Shown here: piece after piece, positions 19,720 to 28,958 of the stretch
Layout of the letters: each line of letters begins with the position of its first letter
How positions within the stretch are numbered: position 1 is the stretch's first letter
Assembly (NCBI GenBank): GCA_964624565.1
Contig: CAZUZE010000002.1
Span: forward strand, 1 to 35,015
Source: an uncultured Robiginitalea sp.
GTDB taxonomy: Bacteria; Bacteroidota; Bacteroidia; Flavobacteriales; Flavobacteriaceae
Direction of reading: 5' to 3'
DNA: 35,015 nucleotides
The notes under the pieces: model-generated
What the model was told of the DNA's origin: nothing
What the model saw: only the letters and a program-made list of their open reading frames with translations
Databases searched by the model: none
Position numbers and translations under genes: made by a program

Positions 19720-21447
19720 ATGCACTGGATTTTCAAGCCTGCCCCGGATCCCGAACTGACGGCTGCCCTCGCTGCCTCCCTCCGCGTTCCGCCCCTGGTT
19801 TCAGCCCTGCTCGTGCAGCGGGGGATTAGCGATTACGAGCAGGCACGATACTTTTTCAGGCCTGAGCTCGATCACCTGCACGACCCCTTCCTTATGAAGG
19901 ATATGGACTGCGCGGTCCGGCGTATTGAAAAGGCCATCGCCGGCGGGGAGCGGATTTTGGTATATGGGGACTACGATGTGGATGGGACGACAGCCGTCTC
20001 CCTGCTTGTGGATTACCTGGGGTCGTATTATCCGAATGTGGCTTCCTATATTCCGGACCGGTACCTGGAGGGATACGGCATCTCCTACCGGGGCATCGAT
20101 TTTGCTGCAGACAACGAGTTTCAGCTCATCATTGCGCTGGATTGCGGGATCAAGGCCATCGAACAGGTAGCCTACGCCCGCGATCGGGGGATTGACTTTA
20201 TTGTTTGCGACCATCACAGGCCCGGGGAGGTATTGCCCGCTGCGGTGGCTGTCCTGGACCCAAAGCGCGCGGATTGCACGTATCCCTATAAAGAGCTCTG
20301 CGGTTGTGGGGTTGGGTTTAAGCTCATTCAGGCCCTGCAGCTCAGCAAAGGGCTTCCCGTGGAAACCCTCATGCCCTACCTGGACCTGGTGGCTGTGGCC
20401 ATTGCGGCGGATATCGTCCCCATTACCGGGGAGAACCGGGTCCTTACCCATTACGGTCTCAGGGTTATCAATACCCGCCCCCGTCACGGGTTACGCGCCC
20501 TGATGCAGGGCATAGAGCGGGAGGACTACCAGGTTTCGGACCTCGTTTTCCAGCTTGCCCCCCGGCTGAACGCCGCGGGGAGGATGAAACACGGGGAACT
20601 TGCGGTAGGGTTGCTCACGGCACGCGATATGGGCGAGGCAGCTGAACGGGCCGCGGAAATCGAATCCCTGAACCTGGAACGCCGTGGGATGGACCGGCTA
20701 ATGACCGAAGAGGCGATCGCAATGATCCGGGAGAGCGGGGAGGAGTCCCGGATGAGTACCGTGGTCTATAAAGAGAACTGGCATAAAGGGGTTATCGGCA
20801 TCGTCGCCTCCCGCCTGATGGAAACCTACTATCGCCCCACCCTGGTCTTCACCAAAAGTGGGGATAAACTGGCGGCTTCGGCCCGGTCCGTCAGCGGTTT
20901 TGATGTCTACCAGGCCCTTGAGGCCTGCGCAGACTGCATCGAGCAGTTCGGGGGCCATACCTATGCCGCCGGCCTCACCCTGGAGGAATCCAGGTACGGG
21001 GAGTTTAAAGACCGTTTTGAAGCGGTCGTCGCCCAAACGCTCCTGCCTGAACAGCGTGAACCACGGATCCAGGTCGATATGCCGGTGCACCTTGGCGAGA
21101 TGACCCCAAAGCTGGCCCGGATCCTGAAGGAGTTTGCCCCTTTCGGACCTGGAAACCCCAGTCCGGTCTTTGCGTCCGGGCCCTTGCGGGATACGGGGTA
21201 CGCCCGGGGGGTGGGGGAAAATGGCGCCCATCTCAAACTCGCAGTTACGCAGGAGGGAACCGGGCCTTTTGGCGGGATCGGATTTGGGCTTGGGGACCGG
21301 CGGGAGCTCCTGGAAGGGGGGGCGCCGTTTTGGGCGGCCTTCTCCCTGGAGGAAAACACCTGGCAGGGGGAGACCCGGTTGCAGCTAAAAATAAGGGACC
21401 TTAAAAAAGAAGCGCCTCAGGAGCTTTTGCCGAAATATTCCAGCTGA
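19720..21447 (+). CDS. recJ: Single-stranded DNA exonuclease RecJ
   Basis: YGDYDVDG, DCG, DHH, APRLNAAGR, GVIGIVASRL, GGH and PFGPGNP. Confidence 0.96.
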   Translation: MHWIFKPAPDPELTAALAASLRVPPLVSALLVQRGISDYEQARYFFRPELDHLHDPFLMKDMDCAVRRIEKAIAGGERILVYGDYDVDGTTAVSLLVDYLGSYYPNVASYIPDRYLEGYGISYRGIDFAADNEFQLIIALDCGIKAIEQVAYARDRGIDFIVCDHHRPGEVLPAAVAVLDPKRADCTYPYKELCGCGVGFKLIQALQLSKGLPVETLMPYLDLVAVAIAADIVPITGENRVLTHYGLRVINTRPRHGLRALMQGIEREDYQVSDLVFQLAPRLNAAGRMKHGELAVGLLTARDMGEAAERAAEIESLNLERRGMDRLMTEEAIAMIRESGEESRMSTVVYKENWHKGVIGIVASRLMETYYRPTLVFTKSGDKLAASARSVSGFDVYQALEACADCIEQFGGHTYAAGLTLEESRYGEFKDRFEAVVAQTLLPEQREPRIQVDMPVHLGEMTPKLARILKEFAPFGPGNPSPVFASGPLRDTGYARGVGENGAHLKLAVTQEGTGPFGGIGFGLGDRRELLEGGAPFWAAFSLEENTWQGETRLQLKIRDLKKEAPQELLPKYSS

Positions 21448-22190
21448 AGGTTTTTTCCGTCAAAGACACCGTAGCTGTAGTATCCAATCCAGTCGCCCAG
21501 GTTCAGGTAGCGGGATCCCCCGGAAAGTGGAATGTCCAGGGGCAGGTGGCGGTGACCGAACACGAAATAGTCAAAATGCGAATCTTCCAGCTTCCTTTTT
21601 GCGTACTGTACGAGCCATTCCCGCTCTTCCCCCAAAAAGCGCACATCTTCCGCCCCTGAGATCATCCGGTTTTTTACGGAGAAGTACTGGGCAAGGCGTA
21701 CCCCCAAATCCGGGTGCAGCCATCTGAAAAACCATTTGGCCACGGGGTTTGTAAAGACCTTTTTCATCCGTTTGAACCCTTTGTCCCCGGGGCCGAGCCC
21801 ATCTCCGTGCCCGATGAAGAAGGCCTTGCCGCCTATTTCAAAAACCTGGGGGCTGTGATAGACCGGGATGTTCAGTTCCGCCTCGAAGTAGCCATTCATC
21901 CAGAGGTCGTGGTTGCCTACAAAGTAGTACACGGGGATGCCGCTGTCGCTGAGCTCTGCCAGTTTTCCAAGGGTTCGGGTGAAACCCCTTGGGACCACCG
22001 TTTTGTATTCAAACCAGAAATCGAACAAATCCCCGAGCAGGAAGACGGCTGCAGCATCTTTTCTGATATGTTCCAGCCAGGCCACGAATTTCTTTTCGCG
22101 CGGGAGGCTGTCCTGTGAAGTGGGGGCCCCCAGGTGGTTGTCGCTGGCGAAGTAGACTTTTTTTCCTGACGGGACCTCAACGGTTTTCAT
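21417..22190 (-). CDS. lpxH: UDP-2,3-diacylglucosamine diphosphatase (metallophosphoesterase)
   Basis: SDNHLG, LGDLFDFW, GNHD, HGDG, FGHRH and NLGDW. Start at MKTVEV (22190). Confidence 0.88.
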   Translation of the reverse strand: MKTVEVPSGKKVYFASDNHLGAPTSQDSLPREKKFVAWLEHIRKDAAAVFLLGDLFDFWFEYKTVVPRGFTRTLGKLAELSDSGIPVYYFVGNHDLWMNGYFEAELNIPVYHSPQVFEIGGKAFFIGHGDGLGPGDKGFKRMKKVFTNPVAKWFFRWLHPDLGVRLAQYFSVKNRMISGAEDVRFLGEEREWLVQYAKRKLEDSHFDYFVFGHRHLPLDIPLSGGSRYLNLGDWIGYYSYGVFDGKNLQLEYFGKSS

Positions 22191-22249
22191 CGAACGTAAA
22201 ATTAGGGAACTCCCACGAATTTCCGGCATCGTGGCTCCGGGAGGCCCGT

Positions 22250-22702
22250 TCAGGGGTTATCGCTGGCAAACCATTCCGCGTAGGCGGTTCCGGTTTCCCG
22301 CAACCTGAGGGAGTGCAGTTCAATTCCTTCCGGCAGTCGCTTTCGGATTTTACCCGCAAAATCGATCACCATGTTTTCGGAGGTGGGCTGGTAATCCGCC
22401 AGGATTACTTTATGGCCGTTTGCCTTCAGTGTCTCTGCCAGGGCCACATGGGGGGTATTTCCATTGAAGATGGTGGCGTGGTCAAAGGGGTCCACGATTT
22501 CCTCCCTGACGATGTTCTTAAGGTCGCCGAAATCGATTACCATGCCCAGTTTTTTATGGCCTTCTTCCTCAACGGGTACCCCGATGACGGTTACGGAAAG
22601 GTGGTAGCTGTGTCCGTGGACGTTGCGGCATTTGCCGTCGTATCCGAACAATGCGTGCCCGGTTTCAAATGTGAATTCCTTGGTAATCCGTATCCGTTGC
22701 AT
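22250..22702 (-). CDS. queD: 6-carboxy-5,6,7,8-tetrahydropterin synthase
   Basis: KEFTFETGH, CRNVHGHSY, GMVIDF, FDH, PTSEN and RET. Confidence 0.9.
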   Translation of the reverse strand: MQRIRITKEFTFETGHALFGYDGKCRNVHGHSYHLSVTVIGVPVEEEGHKKLGMVIDFGDLKNIVREEIVDPFDHATIFNGNTPHVALAETLKANGHKVILADYQPTSENMVIDFAGKIRKRLPEGIELHSLRLRETGTAYAEWFASDNP

Positions 22703-22722
22703 CCCGGTAGTGTTTACGGGTA

Positions 22723-22730
22723 CAAAAGTA
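22723..22730 (-). promoter_or_regulatory. -7 promoter element (TActTTTG) for queD
   Basis: CAAAAGTA on +, 20 nt upstream of the queD ATG. Confidence 0.6.
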
Positions 22731-22789
22731 GGAATAATGTCCGATCGCGCCCCTATCTGGATCACGGGAGTTCATTAACTTGCAATCCC

Positions 22790-24625
22790 ATGGCACGACC
22801 CAGGCTCAAGTCCATTACAGAAGAAGATCGGATCTCCCTGAAGGACTCCTTTAAGGGGTGGCGCTCCATTCCCCGTTTTTTTGGGGAAATCTACAGGGCC
22901 GCTCCCGGGCTTTTTCTGTTAAACACCATCGGAAGGGGGCTCAAGGCGTTCAGTCCCGTGGTCCTGCTCTGGATCGGAAAACTGATCATCGATGAGATTG
23001 TGCGCCTGCTTCAGGATGAGGGTGGGGACATGGCCCAGCTCTGGTGGTACGTCGGTATCGAACTGGGGGTGGCATTGCTTTCCGATTTGCTCGGGCGCCT
23101 TGTGAATCTCACGGATGGCCTCCTGGGCGACCTGTATTCCAACACCTCCTCGGAACGCATCATCCGGAAGGCACAGGAACTCACCCTGGAACAACTGGAA
23201 GACCCCAATTTCTACGACAAGCTCGAACGCGCCCGCACCCAGACCAACAGCAGGGTGAATTTAATGAGCAATGTGCTCGGGCAGGCGGAAGGAGTGCTTT
23301 CCGTGAGCTCCCTCATCGCCGGGCTGATCTATTTTGAGCCTTGGCTGATCCTGCTCCTGATCCTGAGCGTGATCCCCTCTTTCGTCAATGAGATCAAGTA
23401 TTCCTCAGACCGGTATTCCCTTGCCCGAAGCTGGACCAGTGAACGGCGCGAGCTCGATTACCTGAGGTACATCGGGGCGAACAACCAGACGGCCAAAGAG
23501 GTGAAGCTCTTCGGGCTTACCGATTTTATCGCCCGGCGCTTTACCAAGCTGGCCCATGAATACTACCTGCTCAACCGCAAGCTCGCGATCCGGCAGAGCG
23601 TATTCGGCGGGCTGTTCAACCTTCTCGGCATCCTTTCCTACTACGGGGCTTATGTGCTGATCATCTACCGGACCCTTGGCGGGTTCCTTACCCTGGGGGA
23701 GCTGACCTTCCTCTCCGGGTCCTTCAACCGGCTGCAGGGAAGCCTGCAGGCGTTTTTTTCCAGGTTTACCCGGATTTCGGAGAGCGCCCTGTACCTAAAG
23801 GACTATTTTGATTTTATCGATCTCCAGATACCGGTCCCTGATCAGGAGCCACTCCCCCTCCCGGAGCGGATCACCCAGGGGTTTGAGTTCCGGGATGTTC
23901 ATTTTACCTATCCCGGGGGGAGCTCAGAGACCTTAAAAGGGATATCCTTTACCCTGAAGGCCGGGGAGAAAATGGCCTTTGTCGGACAGAACGGGGCGGG
24001 GAAAACGACGCTGATCAAGCTCATCCTGAGGTTTTACGAGCCGAGCCGGGGCACGATCCTGCTCGACGGCACCGACATCTCCCGTTTTGACAAGAAAGCG
24101 TACCGGGAGCGCTTCGGGGTCATTTTCCAGGATTTTTTCCGCTATGAGTTTACCATCCGCGAGAATATTGCCGTGGGGAATATCGAAGCCCTTGAGGACA
24201 CGGACCTCATTCAGGAGGCCGCCCGGAAAAGCCTGGCCGATCAGGTCATCCGGGAACTGAGTGAGGGCCTGGAACAACAGCTCGGCCGGCGTTTTACCCG
24301 CGGACAGGAACTCAGCGGCGGGCAGTGGCAAAAGGTCGCTTTGGCCCGCGCCTACATGAAGGACGCGGAGGTCATGGTGCTCGATGAGCCTACGGCGTCC
24401 CTGGATGCCCGGGCCGAGTACGAGGTTTTCAAACGCTTTATCGCCCTTACCCGGGGAAGGACGAGCATCATTATTTCGCACCGCTTCAGTACGGTCCGTA
24501 TGGCAGATCGCATCCTGGTGCTCGAGGACGGGCAAATCGTCGAGTTGGGGACCCATGAAGAACTACTGGAAAAGGACGGGCTTTATGCAGAACTCTTCAG
24601 GCTGCAGGCCGCCGGGTACCAATAG
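22790..24625 (+). CDS. ABC exporter, fused permease and ATPase
   Basis: N-terminal TM helices, Walker A GQNGAGKT, LSGGQWQK, VLDEP and ISHR. True start MARPRL at 22790; the ORF-track extension overlaps queD. Confidence 0.92.
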   Translation: MARPRLKSITEEDRISLKDSFKGWRSIPRFFGEIYRAAPGLFLLNTIGRGLKAFSPVVLLWIGKLIIDEIVRLLQDEGGDMAQLWWYVGIELGVALLSDLLGRLVNLTDGLLGDLYSNTSSERIIRKAQELTLEQLEDPNFYDKLERARTQTNSRVNLMSNVLGQAEGVLSVSSLIAGLIYFEPWLILLLILSVIPSFVNEIKYSSDRYSLARSWTSERRELDYLRYIGANNQTAKEVKLFGLTDFIARRFTKLAHEYYLLNRKLAIRQSVFGGLFNLLGILSYYGAYVLIIYRTLGGFLTLGELTFLSGSFNRLQGSLQAFFSRFTRISESALYLKDYFDFIDLQIPVPDQEPLPLPERITQGFEFRDVHFTYPGGSSETLKGISFTLKAGEKMAFVGQNGAGKTTLIKLILRFYEPSRGTILLDGTDISRFDKKAYRERFGVIFQDFFRYEFTIRENIAVGNIEALEDTDLIQEAARKSLADQVIRELSEGLEQQLGRRFTRGQELSGGQWQKVALARAYMKDAEVMVLDEPTASLDARAEYEVFKRFIALTRGRTSIIISHRFSTVRMADRILVLEDGQIVELGTHEELLEKDGLYAELFRLQAAGYQ

Positions 24626-24760
24626 GGGGGATCTGTTCGAATCAATGAGGGGATTCCCCATCGATTTGCGTATCTTTATGTAGGCTTTCCTCAACTTGGT
24701 TGTTCCCTTCGGGACTCCTGAATATCTGAAAGGAATAGCAGGGAGATTAAATGCCCGCGC

Positions 24761-25450
24761 ATGCATCAGAACTCACTAAAAGTGCTCTGGATTTACCTGG
24801 TTTTGGCCGGGAGCTTTTGTTTTCCCGGCTTGGCACAGGATCCGGATGCGGGCAACCTTCCGGTCGACAGCCTCTCGACTCCTTTCCGGAAAGGAAGGTG
24901 GCTCAGCGGGCTCAATGGGTCGTTCAGTTCATTTACCCTGAGGATCCAATCCGACGAAGAACCGGTTACAAGCAATGCCTATGGGTTGCAGATCTTCACA
25001 GGGTTGTTTTTTAAAGACCGCTGGTTTGCGGGATTGAGCGTCTTTGCCGAGAGCAGCACCGGACAGGGCCTGGTCAGCCGGGAATCGGAATCCCTGCTTA
25101 TAGGCCCGCTGGCCACTTACTATTTTCTTGAGGAACCCTATGGGTCCCTCTACCTGAGCTTGCTTCCGGGCTACCTGCGCGTCAGGGAATCCGGTTCAGT
25201 CGAATTCAATGACCAGGTGATCCGGGAAACTTCGGAGGGCCCCGGATTTGCTACCAGGATCAGTCTGGGATTTGCGTATGCCATTTCTGACAGTATCGTT
25301 CTGGATGTGGGGGTTGGCTCCACTTTTGCCTGGTTGGATGCCGAATTTTCTTCCAGTATTTCGGGGGATACCAGGAGTGAATCCATTTTCTCGAATTCCA
25401 CGTTTTTCTCCTTTGGGTTCAATGTATTGCTCGACGAATTCTTTTTCTGA
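24761..25450 (+). CDS. Outer-membrane beta-barrel protein (small, probably about 8 strands)
   Basis: Signal peptide (…PGLA/QD), alternating aromatic/Gly beta-strand pattern, and C-terminal FSFGFNVLLDEFFF. Confidence 0.7.
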   Translation: MHQNSLKVLWIYLVLAGSFCFPGLAQDPDAGNLPVDSLSTPFRKGRWLSGLNGSFSSFTLRIQSDEEPVTSNAYGLQIFTGLFFKDRWFAGLSVFAESSTGQGLVSRESESLLIGPLATYYFLEEPYGSLYLSLLPGYLRVRESGSVEFNDQVIRETSEGPGFATRISLGFAYAISDSIVLDVGVGSTFAWLDAEFSSSISGDTRSESIFSNSTFFSFGFNVLLDEFFF

Positions 25451-26556
25451 TGCGGCACCTCCTGCTCTACATAGCGCTTTTGTGTTTATCGCTTCCCGTA
25501 TCGGGACAGTCGAAAGACCAGGCGATTGTCCGGTCGGATACCCTGAACAGGAAGGGGAACCTGAAACTGATCGGGATCCCCGTGGTTTTCAGCACCCCCG
25601 AGACGGGCTTTGGGTTTGGCGGGGGTGGCCAGCTCTTCCTTACCGGGGAGCTTAACAGGTTTGGGATCCGGCAATCCAACATCCTTTTTACCGGGATCTA
25701 TACGGCGAACAGCCAGATCATTATTCAGGCCCTGCCCCAGATCTATTTTGAAAGGGGGGATTATTACCTGGACGGTTCCTATGAATTTCGGATTTACCCC
25801 AATAAATTCTGGGGGTTGGGGAACGACACCCCCGATTCCAACGAGGAGGACTACGACATGACCAGCCACAAGGCGCGGGTGGATTTCCTCAAACGACTCC
25901 CCCCTTCCCTCAATTTCGGCTTGCGGTTTCATTACGAAAACCACGCAATAACGGAAGTCGAGGAAGGCGGGATACTCGATTCCGGGGAGGTCCCGGGAAG
26001 TGAGGGCGCCATCATCGTGGGCCTCGGCGCCATCTTCAACCTGGATACAAGGGACCAGGTGGAAGACCCCCATGGAGGGTACTTTGTCAACTTCACTGCC
26101 CAGTTCTCCAGTGAGAATTTCGGGGCCACATACGGGTTCAACCGTTTCATTACAGATCTTCGGGCGTATCGGCCCCTTGGGGAACGAAGCCTGATCGCAG
26201 CCCGCATTTACGTGGAAAACAACTTCGGGGACGTCCCTTTTCAGGCCAGGGCCCAGTTCGGGGGGGGAAATATCGCCCGCGGCTATTTTGCGGGCAGGTT
26301 TATAGATAACCAGATGTACGTGCTGACAGCTGAGTACCGCTGGCGGTTCCTGCCGAGGTTTAGTTTGGCGGCATTTGCCCTAATGGGGGAGGTTTCGGAC
26401 ATCAACCAGGAATTCTTCCAGGACCCTAAGTTAAGCGTGGGCGGGGGAATCCGGTTTAAGATCCTCAAACAGCAAAACACCCTGGTGCGCCTCGATATCG
26501 GGATTGGGGAAGATGGCAACAACGGGTTCTATTTTGGGGTGAACCAGGCATTTTGA
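25450..26556 (+). CDS. Omp85/BamA-TamA superfamily barrel protein without POTRA domains
   Basis: Signal peptide, PETGFGFG first strands, DTRD...P.GG, ARGYFAGRF (VRGY-like loop motif), GGGIRF, RLDIG and terminal FYFGVNQAF. Confidence 0.8.
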   Translation: MRHLLLYIALLCLSLPVSGQSKDQAIVRSDTLNRKGNLKLIGIPVVFSTPETGFGFGGGGQLFLTGELNRFGIRQSNILFTGIYTANSQIIIQALPQIYFERGDYYLDGSYEFRIYPNKFWGLGNDTPDSNEEDYDMTSHKARVDFLKRLPPSLNFGLRFHYENHAITEVEEGGILDSGEVPGSEGAIIVGLGAIFNLDTRDQVEDPHGGYFVNFTAQFSSENFGATYGFNRFITDLRAYRPLGERSLIAARIYVENNFGDVPFQARAQFGGGNIARGYFAGRFIDNQMYVLTAEYRWRFLPRFSLAAFALMGEVSDINQEFFQDPKLSVGGGIRFKILKQQNTLVRLDIGIGEDGNNGFYFGVNQAF

Positions 26557-26568
26557 GGGGATAGGGCA

Positions 26569-26772
26569 AAGAGTTGGCAGTCGCAGCAGGCAGCAGGCAG
26601 GTTGCGATCGGCTCCCTGTGCACTGCAGACGACTGACTTCAGGGTGGGTTCAGGTTCAGGGTTCCAGGCTCCGGGTCGCCGTGAAGAGTTGGCAGTCACA
26701 GCCGGCAGCAGGCAGGTTGACTTCGACTCGCAATGCACTGCAGACTGCAAACTTTAGGGTGAGTTTAAGTTC
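26569..26772. repeat. Two imperfect 89-bp direct repeats (26569-26657 and 26684-26772; 115-bp period)
   Basis: Ungapped manual alignment gives 72/89 identical positions. Both copies begin AAGAGTTGGCAGTC and contain TGCACTGCAGAC. Confidence 0.85.
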
Positions 26773-26779
26773 GAAATGC

Positions 26780-26838
26780 ACTGCCAACTGCCACTGCCAA
26801 CTGCCACTGCCCACTGCCCACTGCCCACTGCCTACTGC
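26780..26838. repeat. Tandem 6-7-mer array ACTGCC(A/C/T), 8 units plus a partial
   Basis: ACTGCCA ACTGCC ACTGCCA ACTGCC ACTGCCC ACTGCCC ACTGCCC ACTGCCT ACTGC. Confidence 0.9.
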
Positions 26839-27608
26839 TTACCTTCCTTAAACTTCCTCAGGTTTTCCTGGGTGCTTTCTGAAAGGGCCAGCGCACCCGT
26901 CATGGCAGCCCGCTCAGCCAGCAGGGTATCCCAGTGCCCCGTACCTTCCCACAGCGCCTGTTTCATCCGTTTCAGGGCATCCGGGGAGTGGGAGGAGAGC
27001 TGCAGGGCAAACAATTCGGATTCTTTGTCCAGGTCTGAACGGGATTCAAAAACCCTTGAAAACAAACCGCGTTCCTTGGCCCAGTACGCACTTTTCCAGT
27101 CGGAGGGCGCCAGCGCCATTTCCGCCAGGCCGGACACCCCGGCTTTGCGTTCCACCGCAGGGGCGATCACCAGGGGCGCGATTCCCAGCCCGATCTCCGA
27201 AAGCCGCAGTGCGGCCCGATCGGAAGCCATCACGTAGTCACAGGCGGCAATCAGCCCGACTCCCCCGCCAACGGCTTTCCCCTGGACTTTGCCAACAATG
27301 GGCTTTGAACAGGTGCGCATGCTGTTGATCAGGCGGGCAAAACCACTGAAGAAGGCCGTGCTTTCCTCCGGGGTCGAAACCTGCAGGAGTTCATCAAAGG
27401 AAGCGCCGGCACAAAAGGCCCGGTCCCCTTCAGACTGGATCAGGATGGCTGAAACCGCCCCATTGGCATCGAGGGATTCAATTTCCCTGCACATCCTGCC
27501 GAGCAGGATGGAATTCAGGGAATTGCTGGCCGGATGTCCAAACTCGAGGATGGCCAGGGGACCTTCCAACCGGGTGTAGAGGCTTCCCTCCTTTCGCGTT
27601 GTTTCCAT
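26832..27608 (-). CDS. Enoyl-CoA hydratase/isomerase family protein
   Basis: AFCAGAS, KPIVGKVQGKAVGGG, ACD and LSEIGLG. Confidence 0.92.
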   Translation of the reverse strand: METTRKEGSLYTRLEGPLAILEFGHPASNSLNSILLGRMCREIESLDANGAVSAILIQSEGDRAFCAGASFDELLQVSTPEESTAFFSGFARLINSMRTCSKPIVGKVQGKAVGGGVGLIAACDYVMASDRAALRLSEIGLGIAPLVIAPAVERKAGVSGLAEMALAPSDWKSAYWAKERGLFSRVFESRSDLDKESELFALQLSSHSPDALKRMKQALWEGTGHWDTLLAERAAMTGALALSESTQENLRKFKEGKQ

Positions 27609-27623
27609 GGTTTTACATCAAAT

Positions 27624-28958
27624 TTAGAGGTTTTGGAGTAGGGGGCGAAATTTTCTCCGGAACTTCCAGATAAGGGCTCCGCCCCGCACCAGCATCCAGG
27701 CAGTGAAGGCAGCCCAGATGCCGTAAAGCCCCAGATCCAGGTAAACACCGGTGTAGAGTACCGGCAGGAACACCAGGAAAGTGGCCAGCAGCAGCACATT
27801 TCTCAAATAGCGCATCTCCCCGAGCCCTTTGAAAATACCGTCGAAAACAAAGGCAATGGTGTTGATGGGCTGGCCGAGGATCACAATCCAGAAAATACCG
27901 TAAAATGCGGCCAGGACTGCAGGGTCTGCAGAGAAGACCCGACCGATGGGATAGTAGAATGCGGCAGCGGCCAGCATCAGCAAGCCGGACACCCAAAGGC
28001 CGTACCGGGTTATTTTTTTGCTGAGAAGCCACAGGCTGTCGTAGTCCCCCGCCCCCAGGAAACGACCTCCGAGGATTTTGCCTGCTGCGGAGTACCCGTC
28101 TATAAAGAAGGCCGCCAGGAGCCACAGATTGATCGCGATGGTATGTGCGCCTATGGCCTGGTCCCCGAGGGCCGTCGCTTCCCGGACTCCCAAAAGGAGG
28201 GCGATGTTCAGGGAGAGGGTTCGCACAAACAGGTTGAGCGCCATCCCGATGAGCCGTTTCAGTTCCGGGTGCAGGGGCCACCTGGGGAGAAGGCGGATGG
28301 AGGTTTGGCTCCGCAGCAACCCATAGGCCATAACTGCCATCACAGCCTGTGCAGCAAGGCTCGCCCAGGCCGCCCCTTCCAGGCCCATGGCTGGAATCCA
28401 TCCGTCGACACCGTAGACCAGGAGGAAATCGAGCACAATATTCAAACCAGCACCCGTAAGGGCGATCAGCATCGGCCATACGGTGTTCTGCAGTCCCTGG
28501 AAAATACCCATGATGGCAAAGACGAAAAGGGTGAGGGGGAATCCCCAAACCCGTATGCCGTAATAGGCCACGCACCGCTCGAGGATCTCACCCGAGGCGT
28601 TGAGGAGCCCGAAAATTTCACTGCTGAAGGGAAGGGTCCCCAGCAAAATCACGAAGCTTACCCCCACGTTAATACTTATGGCCTGGGCGGGCAGGGACTG
28701 GATATCCGACAATCTCCCTGCCCCGTAGTACTGCGAAATAATGGCGGAAATCGCCGATCGCGTCTGGCCGAGGATCCAGATGAGCATGCTCAGGAATGAA
28801 CCGACAATGCCGATGGCTGCGAGCGATTCGAGGCCATACTCCGGAATATTCCCCACAATGGCGGTGTCCGTCAGGCTCAGGACGGGTTCTGCAATCCCCG
28901 CAATCAGGGCCGGAATGGCCAGCCGGTTGATGTTCCTGAAGGTGAGGGATGCATTCAT
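27624..28958 (-). CDS. MATE family efflux transporter (DinF-like)
   Basis: LAIPALIAGIAEPVLSLTDTAIVG, NIVLDFLLV, GLEGAAWAS and multiple TM segments. Confidence 0.92.
   Translation of the reverse strand: MNASLTFRNINRLAIPALIAGIAEPVLSLTDTAIVGNIPEYGLESLAAIGIVGSFLSMLIWILGQTRSAISAIISQYYGAGRLSDIQSLPAQAISINVGVSFVILLGTLPFSSEIFGLLNASGEILERCVAYYGIRVWGFPLTLFVFAIMGIFQGLQNTVWPMLIALTGAGLNIVLDFLLVYGVDGWIPAMGLEGAAWASLAAQAVMAVMAYGLLRSQTSIRLLPRWPLHPELKRLIGMALNLFVRTLSLNIALLLGVREATALGDQAIGAHTIAINLWLLAAFFIDGYSAAGKILGGRFLGAGDYDSLWLLSKKITRYGLWVSGLLMLAAAAFYYPIGRVFSADPAVLAAFYGIFWIVILGQPINTIAFVFDGIFKGLGEMRYLRNVLLLATFLVFLPVLYTGVYLDLGLYGIWAAFTAWMLVRGGALIWKFRRKFRPLLQNL

Noticed and set aside
22115-22789. 225-aa N-terminal extension of the ABC exporter (836-aa ORF)
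   Set aside because: Antisense shadow of queD/lpxH. The real start is ATG 22790, with a promoter-like box just upstream.
26569-26838. Possible CRISPR array
   Set aside because: Only two long degenerate units plus a microsatellite; no constant repeat with unique spacers and no cas genes.
26776-27237. ORFs with PTA/HCP repeats (26618-26851 and 26776-27237)
   Set aside because: These are translations of the heptamer DNA repeat and antisense to enoyl-CoA hydratase.
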